The notes: generated from the sequence alone by a model not told the origin. 64,000 bases of DNA from Planktothrix pseudagardhii (GCF_904830925.1 NZ_LR882967.1:3426106-3490105), one strand, 5' to 3'; counted from the stretch's first letter, positions 30,445 through 40,410 are shown. Numbers and translations are program-made.

Positions 30445-31033
30445 CAGGATACCACAATAAGCGAGTCAGTGCGATTCCTGTCATCCCGGCAACGATTGTC
30501 CAAACCAGGACTAAACCCAACACATCTCCCAGAAAAAAACTTGTCCCCTGACGTAGAATTCCCCCAAACATCCAACCGATGGGTAATGCTATCCCCCACG
30601 ACAGTACACTAGCTACGATCCATCGCCAGGGTTTCAAGACTTCGGTGCGTAAGACCCACCATTGTCCAAGGCTTAAACATAGTCCTAATTTAACTCCCTC
30701 GATAACACCATAAATAATTCGAGGGGTAAGATTTAAGGTTCGGGGAACCACCCAACCCAAGAGTCCTATTGGAGTGAACGCAATGATTGTCCAGATTAAA
30801 ACATGGACGAAAATCCATCGCCAACTCTGGGAAATATGGTCTTTGAGAACAAACCATTGAGACACACTGATAATTAATCCGCCAATGGCTCCTTCTAAAG
30901 CTCCTAAATCGGGTCTTTCTCCAATTTCTATCCAAATTAAACTGACTAAAAATCCCACCTGTGTTACAACTATCCACTGGATGATAAACCCTAGGTCGGT
31001 TTCTAAATCCCAATTTTTATAGACCCATTTCAT
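30425..31033 (-). CDS. Hypothetical Trp-rich integral membrane protein.
   Basis: 202 aa with about 6 TM. No recognisable motif. Confidence 0.4.
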   Translation of the reverse strand: MKWVYKNWDLETDLGFIIQWIVVTQVGFLVSLIWIEIGERPDLGALEGAIGGLIISVSQWFVLKDHISQSWRWIFVHVLIWTIIAFTPIGLLGWVVPRTLNLTPRIIYGVIEGVKLGLCLSLGQWWVLRTEVLKPWRWIVASVLSWGIALPIGWMFGGILRQGTSFFLGDVLGLVLVWTIVAGMTGIALTRLLWYPVRPGNW

Positions 31034-31048
31034 AAGGATTTTATAGCA

Positions 31049-31070
31049 GGGAACAGGGAACAGGGAACAG
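31049..31070 (+). repeat. (GGGAACA)x3 microsatellite.
   Basis: gggaacagggaacagggaacag, directly upstream of the 30425..31033 gene start. Confidence 0.6.
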
Positions 31071-31119
31071 TAAGAAGTGAAAGGGTTTCAGCTTTCTATA
31101 TATCTGATAATTTTAGCTT

Positions 31120-32211
31120 TTAGGGTTGAAAGCGATCGCTTCTAAAATGATTTAATAAAGGATCATATTGTTGGTCTAAAACCCAATTAGAAATTAATTC
31201 AGCCGTAACCGGAGCCAATAAAATTCCATTGCGATAATGACCGACGGCTAAGGTTAAATTTTCCCAAGAACTCGGCCCTAATATGGGTAATAAATCTGGC
31301 GTTTCCGGTCGAAATCCCCACCAAAATTCTTGAATGGGAAACTCTTTTAAAATCGGATATAATCGCATCGCTCCTGAGAGTAAGGTTTCAATGCCATTGG
31401 GGGTTAAACCGCAGGTAAATCCCACATCTTCTGATGTCGCTCCAATCACAATTAAACCATCTCGACGGGGAACAATATAAATATTAGAACCGAATAACAC
31501 TTGTTTCAAAGGTAAGGGTTCAAAATCATCAGGAACTCGGACGGATAACATTTGTCCCTTGCGGGGATATACAGGAATTGATAATAAGTCTCCAGCCCAA
31601 GCTCCCGTTGTTAAAATATAATGATCGGCGTTAAAATTACCTTGATTGGTGATAATTTCTGTTACCTTTTCTGGGGAAGTTACTAAGGTTTTGACTGTGA
31701 TTTCTTCTATAATTTTAACGCCTAATTCCTGAGCCGCCCTGTACAAGGTTTTGACTAACCCCCGACGGTTATCCACTTGACCATCCTGGGGAAACCACCA
31801 CCCCCCCACAACGTCATCCCCTAACCCCGGCTGCTGCTGTAAAATCGCTTCTCGTTCTAGCCAGTAACTCGGTGTATCTGGGGTTTGGGGTAAGGTCGTA
31901 GAGTCGGGACGTTCATAAACGGGGGCTAAAATCCCACAGGGCCAATATCCAGTTTCTAATCCTGTGAGTTTCTCCAGTTTGCGTGTCCAGTCGTTATAGA
32001 GGGCGCGACTACGTAAACATAAGTCTAGCATGGGGCCAGGAGGAATTTGTTCGGCTTGGGGAGCTAACATTCCAGCCCCGACTAAACCTGCTGCTTCCTG
32101 TTGATTTCGACTTAGAACGGTTACCGTTGCCCCTCGTAATTTTAACTCAACGGCTAGGGATAATCCGATTAAACCGCCTCCGATTAAAATAATTTCATTT
32201 TCTGGTTTCAT
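31120..32211 (-). CDS. FAD-dependent oxidoreductase of DAO family (glycine oxidase ThiO-like).
   Basis: N-terminal GxGxxG (ILIGGGLIGLSLAVEL...TVLSR). About 360 aa, as for standalone ThiO. Confidence 0.5.
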   Translation of the reverse strand: MKPENEIILIGGGLIGLSLAVELKLRGATVTVLSRNQQEAAGLVGAGMLAPQAEQIPPGPMLDLCLRSRALYNDWTRKLEKLTGLETGYWPCGILAPVYERPDSTTLPQTPDTPSYWLEREAILQQQPGLGDDVVGGWWFPQDGQVDNRRGLVKTLYRAAQELGVKIIEEITVKTLVTSPEKVTEIITNQGNFNADHYILTTGAWAGDLLSIPVYPRKGQMLSVRVPDDFEPLPLKQVLFGSNIYIVPRRDGLIVIGATSEDVGFTCGLTPNGIETLLSGAMRLYPILKEFPIQEFWWGFRPETPDLLPILGPSSWENLTLAVGHYRNGILLAPVTAELISNWVLDQQYDPLLNHFRSDRFQP

Positions 32212-32260
32212 AACGGGTAAATATTTTTCTAATAATTCTATTGTTTTCTATTTTAAGGGT

Positions 32261-34063
32261 TTAGGGTTTCTTTTTGGGTTTAACGGTTACAGAAATTTCC
32301 CCATTTAATTGAATAAATTGTTGACGTTTGGGATCATAAACCCAGGCTTTAATCTTGTTCTCGCCTACAGGAAGAGATTCCCCTGAAAAAACAATTTGCC
32401 ATCCGGCTCTTGTATAGGATTTTGATTTTAATAATTCAGCAATATCAGGTCTAGCCACTGTAATATAAGCATTCGCAAAAAAGGATTTTTGATTATTATA
32501 GGACAGAAAAATAAGATTAGGTTGTTGTTGGGAATCTGGGAGAATTGCCCACCCGCTTAAACTCATCGGCATTTTGCGCCGAATGACTAAAGGCTCATTA
32601 TTGGGTAAAGGATGAAGATACCCATATTTTAAATTAGGGTCAGATACAAAAGGAACTGTTTCAGCAAAAGTTCTTAATTGTAAGTTTTTTAGTTTTTTTA
32701 CCTCCTGTCTTAAAAAGGAAGCATCAGGATAAATTCTGACTAAACAACTGTCTACTGAAGTGTTCAGAAAAGGAGAATCTTCCAGATAATCAATGAGTGT
32801 TAAACAGGTTTGACCACTCTTTAAGAAAAAACTTAAATCCGTTGCTTGAATAACAGCATATTCCCCTCTCAATATTGTTAAAATCCCTACAATACCGACT
32901 AACACACCATAGGTTAGGACAGTATTAATTACCTGATTCTTTAATAAGTCTAAAGCAGAAAGTTTGAAGCGAACCCAAATCAAACTCAGTTGAAAGATAG
33001 CGACGAATAATAATAAAGTATGAGTGGTAAAGCGAGAACCTTGTAAAATAGCATAATCGGAGCCTAAATAATAGCGTCCCTTGGCAATCAGAACACTTGA
33101 AAGCAAGCCAAATAACCCAATGGATATCCAAGGAAAGGTTAAAGAATAGAGATGAGGATTTTTAATTAACAGTTCATAGAGGAGATAAAAGAAATAGCAA
33201 AGGATGATCAAACCCAAAATCCAAGACCATTGCAGGGAACCTATTAAGGGAGAAGCAATAATATTAAATAGAAAATGAATTAAAAATAAAGTAGGATTTT
33301 GAGCTAAATCAGGATTATTTTTAAACGCATCATTTTTTAACGCTTCATCGGGTTGATAACCTAGGAAATAAAGATATACAGAAATTAAAAATAATAAAAT
33401 CCAAACGAAGAGACGCTTTCGCTTTTGAGTCAAATTTCCTTCTAACCCTAAAACGCAGGGAATTAAAGCCAGCCAAGATGCTAAACCTTGAGCCGAAGAA
33501 AAACTAGCGATTCCACATAAAATAGCCGAGCCAATATATTGCCATTTAGTCGATAAAAACTTAGGATAAGACAATAATAAACAAGCAAAAATAGTACAAA
33601 AATTAATTAAAAATATAGCAACTTGAAATCCCCAAAGCCAATTTTGATATTGAATCCAAGAAAAAAACACTAAACTGGTTAGCAGGTTTGTCAGATGAAA
33701 CAAGTTATCTTGTTGAGCAGGGTTCGTGAGTTTGGAGAGTTGATAAAGACATAAAAAGGTTAGAATTGCTAGTAAAAAGCTGCAAATTAGCTCTGCATAA
33801 ATATTCCAATCTGACGTTAAACCTAAGCTCAAAAAAATTAATTTAGGGAAAACTAATCGATGATAATTATGTAAATTAAATAAATCAATAAATTGTAAAG
33901 TTCCGGTTTTAAATTTCTCAAATAAATTAGGTAATATCCATTGATCATGATAAGGGACATCGACTCCATAATAAAGAATAAACGAAGCCGTTGCCAAGGG
34001 AGGGATTAGATATAAAATAATTAAAGGAATGTGAGTAGAAATAGATGGCGCACGCAGGTTCAT
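32261..34063 (-). CDS. Large polytopic membrane protein, putative GT-C-fold glycosyltransferase.
   Basis: About 13 TM plus a 150-aa C-terminal soluble domain. An acidic YYGVDVPYHD motif follows TM1, as in GT-C first-loop DxD/DE motifs. Divergently paired (49-bp gap) with the UbiA/SDR/GMC operon. Confidence 0.4.
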   Translation of the reverse strand: MNLRAPSISTHIPLIILYLIPPLATASFILYYGVDVPYHDQWILPNLFEKFKTGTLQFIDLFNLHNYHRLVFPKLIFLSLGLTSDWNIYAELICSFLLAILTFLCLYQLSKLTNPAQQDNLFHLTNLLTSLVFFSWIQYQNWLWGFQVAIFLINFCTIFACLLLSYPKFLSTKWQYIGSAILCGIASFSSAQGLASWLALIPCVLGLEGNLTQKRKRLFVWILLFLISVYLYFLGYQPDEALKNDAFKNNPDLAQNPTLFLIHFLFNIIASPLIGSLQWSWILGLIILCYFFYLLYELLIKNPHLYSLTFPWISIGLFGLLSSVLIAKGRYYLGSDYAILQGSRFTTHTLLLFVAIFQLSLIWVRFKLSALDLLKNQVINTVLTYGVLVGIVGILTILRGEYAVIQATDLSFFLKSGQTCLTLIDYLEDSPFLNTSVDSCLVRIYPDASFLRQEVKKLKNLQLRTFAETVPFVSDPNLKYGYLHPLPNNEPLVIRRKMPMSLSGWAILPDSQQQPNLIFLSYNNQKSFFANAYITVARPDIAELLKSKSYTRAGWQIVFSGESLPVGENKIKAWVYDPKRQQFIQLNGEISVTVKPKKKP

Positions 34064-34112
34064 TCGAGATTATCATAAAAACATTGCCAGATCTTAAATG
34101 AAGTAAGCCGGA

Positions 34113-34490
34113 TTGTCAACTATGATTCAACAACTGTTTGTGAATACTGTCTCTGCGTTGTGTTATTCTTTAATTGATCAGCGTTTTCCAGCCGATTGTA
34201 CTCCCCTAAAATTTCCCCATAATTCTGTTGTTAAGTTTGTTTTAGAACAACAGAATCGAATGCCTGATTATCTACAATTTCCCTTATTTTTATTAACGTT
34301 AATTTTTGATTTTTGGGGTTTGCTTCGTCGAGGTTCCTTCTTTCATTGTCAGTCCCCATCTATTCGTAAACTTCAAGTTGAAACTTGGAAAAATTCACCC
34401 TACCAAATTTGTCGAGATGTGATGCGATTTTATGAAAGTCTAGTGGTATTATATTGGCAATCTGAGTCAATTCATTCATCAAGTAACTGA
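34113..34490 (+). CDS. Hypothetical protein, first ORF of the plus-strand operon.
   Basis: 125 aa, ending 11 nt before the GMC oxidoreductase start. No motif recognised. Confidence 0.3.
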   Translation: MSTMIQQLFVNTVSALCYSLIDQRFPADCTPLKFPHNSVVKFVLEQQNRMPDYLQFPLFLLTLIFDFWGLLRRGSFFHCQSPSIRKLQVETWKNSPYQICRDVMRFYESLVVLYWQSESIHSSSN

Positions 34491-34501
34491 TTATTAATAT
34501 T

Positions 34502-35959
34502 ATGCTTCAAGCTTCAGAATGTGATTTAAAAGTTGAAATTGCTATCATTGGTTCTGGCCCTGGGGGAGCAATTACCGCCTGTTTATTAGCTGAAGCCGGA
34601 CGGGATGTTTTATTAATAGAAGAAGGCGACGATTTACCCTTAGAATCCTGTCAACCCTTTTCCGTTGAAGAAATGGTACAAAAATACCGAAATGGGGGGT
34701 TAACCGCAGCCTTTGGTCAACCCAAAATTCAATATGTTGAAGGTCGATGTGTCGGAGGAGGAAGTGAAATTAATAGCGGACTTTATCATCGAACACCCTT
34801 GAATATTTTAGAACAATGGCGCACAGAATTTGAAGTAGATGCTTTAACAGAAGCTGATTTAATCCCTCATTTTGAAGCCTGTGAACAAGCGGTTAACGTC
34901 TGTTATTTACCGGGGAAAGCTCCAACCGCATCTTTAAAATTACACGAAGGTGCGATGCGTTTAGGTTGGCAATCTTTAGAAGTTCCTCGATGGTTTCGTT
35001 ATGAAGAATCTGATGAAACTTCCGTTCCCAAAGGAACTCGACAATCTATGACGAAAACCTTTATTCCTAGAGCTTTAAAAGCTGGCTGTAAACTCTTAGC
35101 AAACACTCGGATTAAAACCCTTAAAGAAACAGATAAAACTTGGATTTTAACAGGAACTCGTCAAGGGAATAATATCCCAGAAAATCCGATTAAAATTCAA
35201 GCCGAAACCGTATTTGTTTGTTGTGGTGCAATTCAAACTCCAGCGTTATTAAGACGAAGCGGAATTAAAAATAATATTGGAAACTCCTTAAAAATGCACC
35301 CAACCGTTAAAATAATTGCTCAATTTGATCAAGAAATTAACGCCTTAGATATGGGGGTTCCTGTTCATCAAGTCAAAGAATTTTTTCCTCGATTTAGTTT
35401 CGGATGTTCGATTAGTTCTCCCCCTTATTTATCGGTGGGAATGACTGACCATCCTCAATATACAGAAACCGTTAAAAAACATTGGCAAAACATGGCAATT
35501 TATTATGCTATGATTACTGGGGAAAGTTTTGGGACAGTCAGAAATATTCCCTTTTATAATGATCCTTTAGTTCGCTATAAACTAACTTCTCAAGATTTAA
35601 AAGATTTATCAGAAGCCTTACAAAAATTAGCGTTATTATTGTTTGAAGCGGATGCTAAAATTCTCTATCCTAGTATTTCTAATACTTCTCCCTTGACCCA
35701 TCCCCAAGATTTAACTACAATAGCAGAACAATTGCCGATAAAACAAACAAATCTAATGACCGTTCATGTTTTTTCCTCCTGTCCAATGGGAGAAAATTTA
35801 CAAAAATGTGCCGTTAATTCCTTTGGAAAAGTTCATGGATTCAATAATTTATATATTGCTGATGCTAGTTTACTGTGTACCGCACCAGGGGTCAATCCTC
35901 AAGGTTCAATTATGGCGATCGCTCGTCGAAATGCGCTAAAATTCTTAAATAAAATTTAG
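34502..35959 (+). CDS. GMC-family FAD oxidoreductase.
   Basis: N-terminal IAIIGSGPGGAITACLLAEAG FAD fold. C-terminal GMC signature HVFSSCPMGE...GFNNLYIADASLL. Confidence 0.8.
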   Translation: MLQASECDLKVEIAIIGSGPGGAITACLLAEAGRDVLLIEEGDDLPLESCQPFSVEEMVQKYRNGGLTAAFGQPKIQYVEGRCVGGGSEINSGLYHRTPLNILEQWRTEFEVDALTEADLIPHFEACEQAVNVCYLPGKAPTASLKLHEGAMRLGWQSLEVPRWFRYEESDETSVPKGTRQSMTKTFIPRALKAGCKLLANTRIKTLKETDKTWILTGTRQGNNIPENPIKIQAETVFVCCGAIQTPALLRRSGIKNNIGNSLKMHPTVKIIAQFDQEINALDMGVPVHQVKEFFPRFSFGCSISSPPYLSVGMTDHPQYTETVKKHWQNMAIYYAMITGESFGTVRNIPFYNDPLVRYKLTSQDLKDLSEALQKLALLLFEADAKILYPSISNTSPLTHPQDLTTIAEQLPIKQTNLMTVHVFSSCPMGENLQKCAVNSFGKVHGFNNLYIADASLLCTAPGVNPQGSIMAIARRNALKFLNKI

Positions 35960-36033
35960 AAAAAATTACTTTTTTTAGCTCTTATATCCCTAATTAATGC
36001 TAAACTATAACCATAATAAAGAATAATAAAGTT

Positions 36034-37098
36034 ATGGAATTAAAAACTAACCTTATTTTAGTAACAGGTGCATTAGGATGGTTAGGGATTCGTTTAGTCG
36101 AATCTTTGGTTAAAGGATTACCCGATTTTGAACCCTTAAATCAACCTCAAAATAACTTGAAAATTCGGTGTTTAATTTTACCCAATCAAGATATAACCCT
36201 ATTGCAAAAGATCTCAGATCAAATTGAAGTTTATCAAGGGGACTTAAGAAACCCCCAAGATTGCGATCGCTTTTGTGAAAATGCCGAAAATGCTATTTTA
36301 TTTCATACGGCTGGAATTATTCACCCGCAAAAAGTATCAGACTTTTATCAAATTAATGTAGAAGGAACTAAAAATCTATTAAATTCTGCCATTTGTAGAG
36401 GTGTAAAACGAGCGATTATTGTCTCTTCCAATTCTCCCTGTGGTTGTAATCCCCATCCTGATCATTTATTCGATGAAATCTCTCCCTATCATCCCTATAT
36501 GAACTATGGACGTTCAAAAATGCTGATGGAATTAGAAGTTAAAAACTATCAGCAACAGGGAGAAATTGAAACCGTTGTTATCCGTCCTCCTTGGTTTTAT
36601 GGCCTCCATCAACCTCAACGCCAAACCCTCTTTTTTAAAATGATTCGAGATGGAAAAGGGCCGATTGTTGGAGATGGGAATAATCTCCGGTCAATGGCTT
36701 ATGTCGATAATCTTTGTCAAGGATTATTATTAGCCGCAATTACTGAAAAAGCCAATGGAGAAATTTATTGGATAGCCGATGAACGTCCCTACTCTATGAA
36801 TGAAATTATTGATACCATTGAACGATTATTAGAAACAGAATTTAACCAATCTTGTAGCCATAAACGCTTAAAATTACCGGGATTAGCCAGTGAAGTTGCT
36901 TTCGTGGTAGATGGAACATTACAAGCTCTAGGATTCTATCATCAAAAAATTCATGTTCTCTCAGAAATGAATAAAACCATTGCTTGTTCTGTGGCTAAAG
37001 CTCAACGAGAATTAGGGTATCACCCTACAATTTCCTTAGAAGAAGGAATGCGAAGAAGCTTAACCTGGATTTTTGAAAATTATGGAGGATTAGATTAA
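36034..37098 (+). CDS. Extended-SDR NAD-dependent epimerase/dehydratase.
   Basis: LVTGALGWLGIRLVESL Rossmann motif and a YxxxK-region (YGRSK). 354 aa. Confidence 0.75.
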   Translation: MELKTNLILVTGALGWLGIRLVESLVKGLPDFEPLNQPQNNLKIRCLILPNQDITLLQKISDQIEVYQGDLRNPQDCDRFCENAENAILFHTAGIIHPQKVSDFYQINVEGTKNLLNSAICRGVKRAIIVSSNSPCGCNPHPDHLFDEISPYHPYMNYGRSKMLMELEVKNYQQQGEIETVVIRPPWFYGLHQPQRQTLFFKMIRDGKGPIVGDGNNLRSMAYVDNLCQGLLLAAITEKANGEIYWIADERPYSMNEIIDTIERLLETEFNQSCSHKRLKLPGLASEVAFVVDGTLQALGFYHQKIHVLSEMNKTIACSVAKAQRELGYHPTISLEEGMRRSLTWIFENYGGLD

Positions 37099-37100
37099 TC

Positions 37101-37667
37101 ATGGTTAGCCATATTGTCGTAACAGAAGGATTAGTTTATCGGGAAGATTTCGCCCAATACTACTTTTTATCCAATTATTTTGAAGCAGTTTTACAACAAG
37201 TTTTAAAGCAGGTTTCTGTTGAGGAAAAAGTCTTTATTTCTCCGGGTAATTCCTTTGATTGTCCTGAATCAGAAGAACAGTGTGCTGCAAAATATCTTTT
37301 ACATTATCGTCCTGAACTCCAAGTTATTGTTCCTGAGAATGTTAAAGATCGTCCCTATTTGGATACTTTTGATAATGCTAGATTATTAAGAAAATGGTTA
37401 GAACAGCAAGAAAAATGGCCATTAGATGATGTTATTTTATATTGTAATAAACCCCATGCTTTACGAAGTCAGTTAATGTTTAAACTCTGTGGCTATAACG
37501 TCCAAGAAGTTATTACTTCTTATCCTGAACTCGCCTATCGAAGAATGCCATTTCGTCTTTTATTTTATCATTATTTGCCCGCTAATTTAGTTTACGAGTG
37601 GGGGGCTTTAGTGTATGATTTAATTAGATTTTATGTATGGAAGGTTTCTTCTAAATTGTCAACCTAA
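37101..37667 (+). CDS. DUF218 (YdcF/ElyC/SanA-like) protein.
   Basis: ISPGNSF...SEEQCAAKYLL...TFDNARLL...ILYCNKPHALRS matches the YdcF-like core pattern. Start is 3 nt after the SDR stop. Confidence 0.5.
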   Translation: MVSHIVVTEGLVYREDFAQYYFLSNYFEAVLQQVLKQVSVEEKVFISPGNSFDCPESEEQCAAKYLLHYRPELQVIVPENVKDRPYLDTFDNARLLRKWLEQQEKWPLDDVILYCNKPHALRSQLMFKLCGYNVQEVITSYPELAYRRMPFRLLFYHYLPANLVYEWGALVYDLIRFYVWKVSSKLST

Positions 37668-37788
37668 AAAAATAAACTTAGTATCGACTTACTATTTTAA
37701 TCAAGTTCCTAGAGTTTAACCTTTACGAATGGGTAACTTTCGTTTATGATACGAAAAAACAAATGGTGTTGAGGACAAACAGAACTTT

Positions 37789-38814
37789 ATGAAGCACTTA
37801 ATTACGGGGGGATCAGGGTTTTTAGGAAATTTAATTGCGCGTCGATTATATGAACGGGGAGAAGACGTTAAAATTTTAGATATTTGGGAAGATCCGACCC
37901 GTCCCCCAGAAATTGAATTTATTAACTGTGATATTTGCGATCGCACTGGGGTTGCAAAAGCGATGGAAGGAATTGATATTGTTCATCATAATGTGGCTTT
38001 AGTTCCCTTAACAAAATCCGGTAATAAATTCTGGGAGGTCAACGTTGAAGGAAGCAAAATCGCCGCCGAAGAAGCCGTAAAAGCCGGAGTCAAAAGTTTT
38101 ATTCACATGAGTTCTAGTGCTTTATTTGGAGAGGCTGAATGTCCGATTACCAACGATACCCCGACAAAAGCTGTTGAGATTTATGGACGGGCAAAATTAG
38201 CTGGAGAATTAGCGGTTAGAGAGATTTGTGATCAAGGTGGTTTACCCTTAATTGTGATTCGTCCCCGAACTATTTTAGGCGAAGGAAGATTAGGGATTTT
38301 TCAGATATTATTTGAATGGATTCAAGAAGGAAAGAATGTTTATGTGATTGGAAGTGGTAACGTTAAATTTCAGTTTGTTCATGCTCATGATTTGATGGAT
38401 GCCTATCTTCTTGCTCTTGATTTAGGTCAACCCGGAATCTATAATGTCGGAACCGATCGTTTTGGCACGTTACGAGAAGGATTAGAACATTTAATTGAAT
38501 ATGCAGGAACAAAATCTCAAGTTAAAAGTTTACCCACTGGACTAACAATTGGAACTTTACAACTATTAGACTGGATGGGGTTAAGTCCTCTCGCCCCTTG
38601 GCATTATTTAACCTATCACAAAGAATTTTATTTTGATGTTGATCCTCTGCTAAAACTCGGCTGGAAACCCAAATATTCTAATGATGAAATGTTCCGAGAA
38701 AGTTATGATTGGTTCCAAAAGAACTATAATCAACTGCAAGCGGAAAAAGCAGGTTCAGCCCATCGTCGCCCCGTCAAAGAAAAATTACTTTGGGTGTTAA
38801 AACAACTCTCCTAA
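37789..38814 (+). CDS. Extended-SDR NAD-dependent epimerase/dehydratase (second copy).
   Basis: ITGGSGFLGNLIARRL motif and a YGRAK catalytic region. 341 aa. Confidence 0.75.
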   Translation: MKHLITGGSGFLGNLIARRLYERGEDVKILDIWEDPTRPPEIEFINCDICDRTGVAKAMEGIDIVHHNVALVPLTKSGNKFWEVNVEGSKIAAEEAVKAGVKSFIHMSSSALFGEAECPITNDTPTKAVEIYGRAKLAGELAVREICDQGGLPLIVIRPRTILGEGRLGIFQILFEWIQEGKNVYVIGSGNVKFQFVHAHDLMDAYLLALDLGQPGIYNVGTDRFGTLREGLEHLIEYAGTKSQVKSLPTGLTIGTLQLLDWMGLSPLAPWHYLTYHKEFYFDVDPLLKLGWKPKYSNDEMFRESYDWFQKNYNQLQAEKAGSAHRRPVKEKLLWVLKQLS

Positions 38815-38859
38815 ACTAATTTTTAACAATGATTAACTTAGCTATTTGAATAACAAATC

Positions 38860-39222
38860 GTGAACAATATTAACTCAGCTAATTGGATTTCATGGAGTTT
38901 AGTTTTAATTGCGGCTATGAACACGGGAATTGGCAATTTATTACTAAAAAAATCCCGACTAGAAGCCCCCGATCCAAGTTTACTGACTCTATTATTATCT
39001 CCTTGGTTTATTGCAGCAATCCTCGTCTATGGAATTAACTTAATTGTCTTTGCTAAAGCCTTAGATCGCTTACCCGTTTCCATTGCTTATCCTGTCTTTG
39101 CTGCTATTGGTTTTAGCTTAGTTGCATTCATGGGAAGTTTATTTTTAGGAGAACGGTTTGGAATCAATCAAATGATAGGATTAAGCTTGATTGTGGCTGG
39201 AATTGTTATTATGTCTCGTTGA
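38860..39222 (+). CDS. Small 4-TM DMT/SMR-like protein (ArnE/ArnF-like putative polyprenyl-P-sugar flippase subunit).
   Basis: 120 aa with 4 TM and EamA/SMR-like spacing. Confidence 0.5.
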   Translation: MNNINSANWISWSLVLIAAMNTGIGNLLLKKSRLEAPDPSLLTLLLSPWFIAAILVYGINLIVFAKALDRLPVSIAYPVFAAIGFSLVAFMGSLFLGERFGINQMIGLSLIVAGIVIMSR

Positions 39223-39265
39223 AATAAAAAACCATTAAAGTAAGCTGTGAGGAGTTAAAGGATTC

Positions 39266-40345
39266 ATGAAACCAGCAAATCAAGATTATTATTCAGGTGA
39301 TTCTACTTCTGTATTAGAGACAATTTCTGATACCACTGATCCTTTATTTGTATCGACTCAATCTAAAACCCTTCCCCCCCTAATCAAACTTCTTCGTCCC
39401 CACCAATGGACAAAAAATTTATTCTGTTTAGCCGGACTTTTGTTTGGTGGTAGACTATTACAACCCCAGAGCATTTTGCTATCAGGATTAACGGTAATTT
39501 TCTTCTCAGCAATGGCATCAGCCATTTATATTTTTAATGATATTCAAGATCGAGAACGCGATCGCCTGCATCCGAAAAAAAAGTATCGTCCCCTTGCGAG
39601 TGGTCAAGTTTCAGTTAAACTGGGGTTAGCGATCGCATTTTGTTTAGCAACGCTTTCGTTTTTAGGTGCTTATTCGTTAGGAATTCCCACATTAATTTGT
39701 GTTTTACTTTACGCCATTAATAATATTGCTTATTCTCTCAGACTTAAAAATATAGCTTTATTTGATGTGAATTGCATTGCCTTTGGGTTTGTGTTAAGGC
39801 TATTAGCAGGAATCTATGCGTTAGGAGATATGCCAACGGCTTGGATTGTTTTATGTACCTTTTTTCTAACTCTATTTTTAGGGTTTTCTAAGCGACGTTC
39901 TGAACTTTTATCTCTCTTGCATTTTCAAAACCATCAAGACAGTTTAGAGTCTGAAAATATACCTCCAGAACATGAAAAATCAGCACCGTTAGAACGCTCT
40001 TATTTGCACTTATTTTATCAACGAGGAAGAAAAAACCAACAACGTCCAGTTCTCTCTCAATACACCTTACCTTATTTAGATTCTCTTCTCAATAGCACAG
40101 CAACAATGACCATTATGTGTTATGCTTTATTTACAATAACATCGGGTAAAAATCCTTCTTTAGTCATTACCGTCCCGATTGTTTATTATGCCGTAATGCA
40201 CTATAAATGGTTAGTTACAGTTTTAGCTGAAGGAGAAGAACCCAGCCGCATTTTAATTCAAGATACTACGATTAAATTAAGTTTAGGGGCTTGGCTGATT
40301 AGTTATTTAGCAATCTTGTATTTTAATATTCATTTATTTCATTAA
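39266..40345 (+). CDS. UbiA-superfamily prenyl-phosphate transferase with a decaprenyl-phosphate phosphoribosyltransferase (DPPR-synthase)-like signature.
   Basis: NDIQDRERDRLHPKKKYRPLASG. The first Asp-rich motif is followed by the HPxKxxRPxASG pattern that I recall for Rv3806c-type enzymes. 8-9 TM. Confidence 0.65.
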   Translation: MKPANQDYYSGDSTSVLETISDTTDPLFVSTQSKTLPPLIKLLRPHQWTKNLFCLAGLLFGGRLLQPQSILLSGLTVIFFSAMASAIYIFNDIQDRERDRLHPKKKYRPLASGQVSVKLGLAIAFCLATLSFLGAYSLGIPTLICVLLYAINNIAYSLRLKNIALFDVNCIAFGFVLRLLAGIYALGDMPTAWIVLCTFFLTLFLGFSKRRSELLSLLHFQNHQDSLESENIPPEHEKSAPLERSYLHLFYQRGRKNQQRPVLSQYTLPYLDSLLNSTATMTIMCYALFTITSGKNPSLVITVPIVYYAVMHYKWLVTVLAEGEEPSRILIQDTTIKLSLGAWLISYLAILYFNIHLFH

Positions 40346-40375
40346 AATATAGAACTGATAACTGATAACTGGTAC

Positions 40376-40395
40376 AGACGTGCCATGGCACGTCT
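40376..40395. terminator. Perfect 20-bp palindrome (agacgtgccatggcacgtct) flanked by CTGATAACTG direct repeats.
   Basis: Seen directly. Lies 30 bp after the UbiA stop. No U-tract. Confidence 0.35.
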
Positions 40396-40410
40396 CTACT
40401 GATAACTGAC

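Noticed and set aside
30690-31013. 107-aa ORF nested in the same strand region as the 202-aa membrane protein gene.
   Set aside because: It is an alternative frame of the membrane-protein gene. The longer hydrophobic frame is more plausible.
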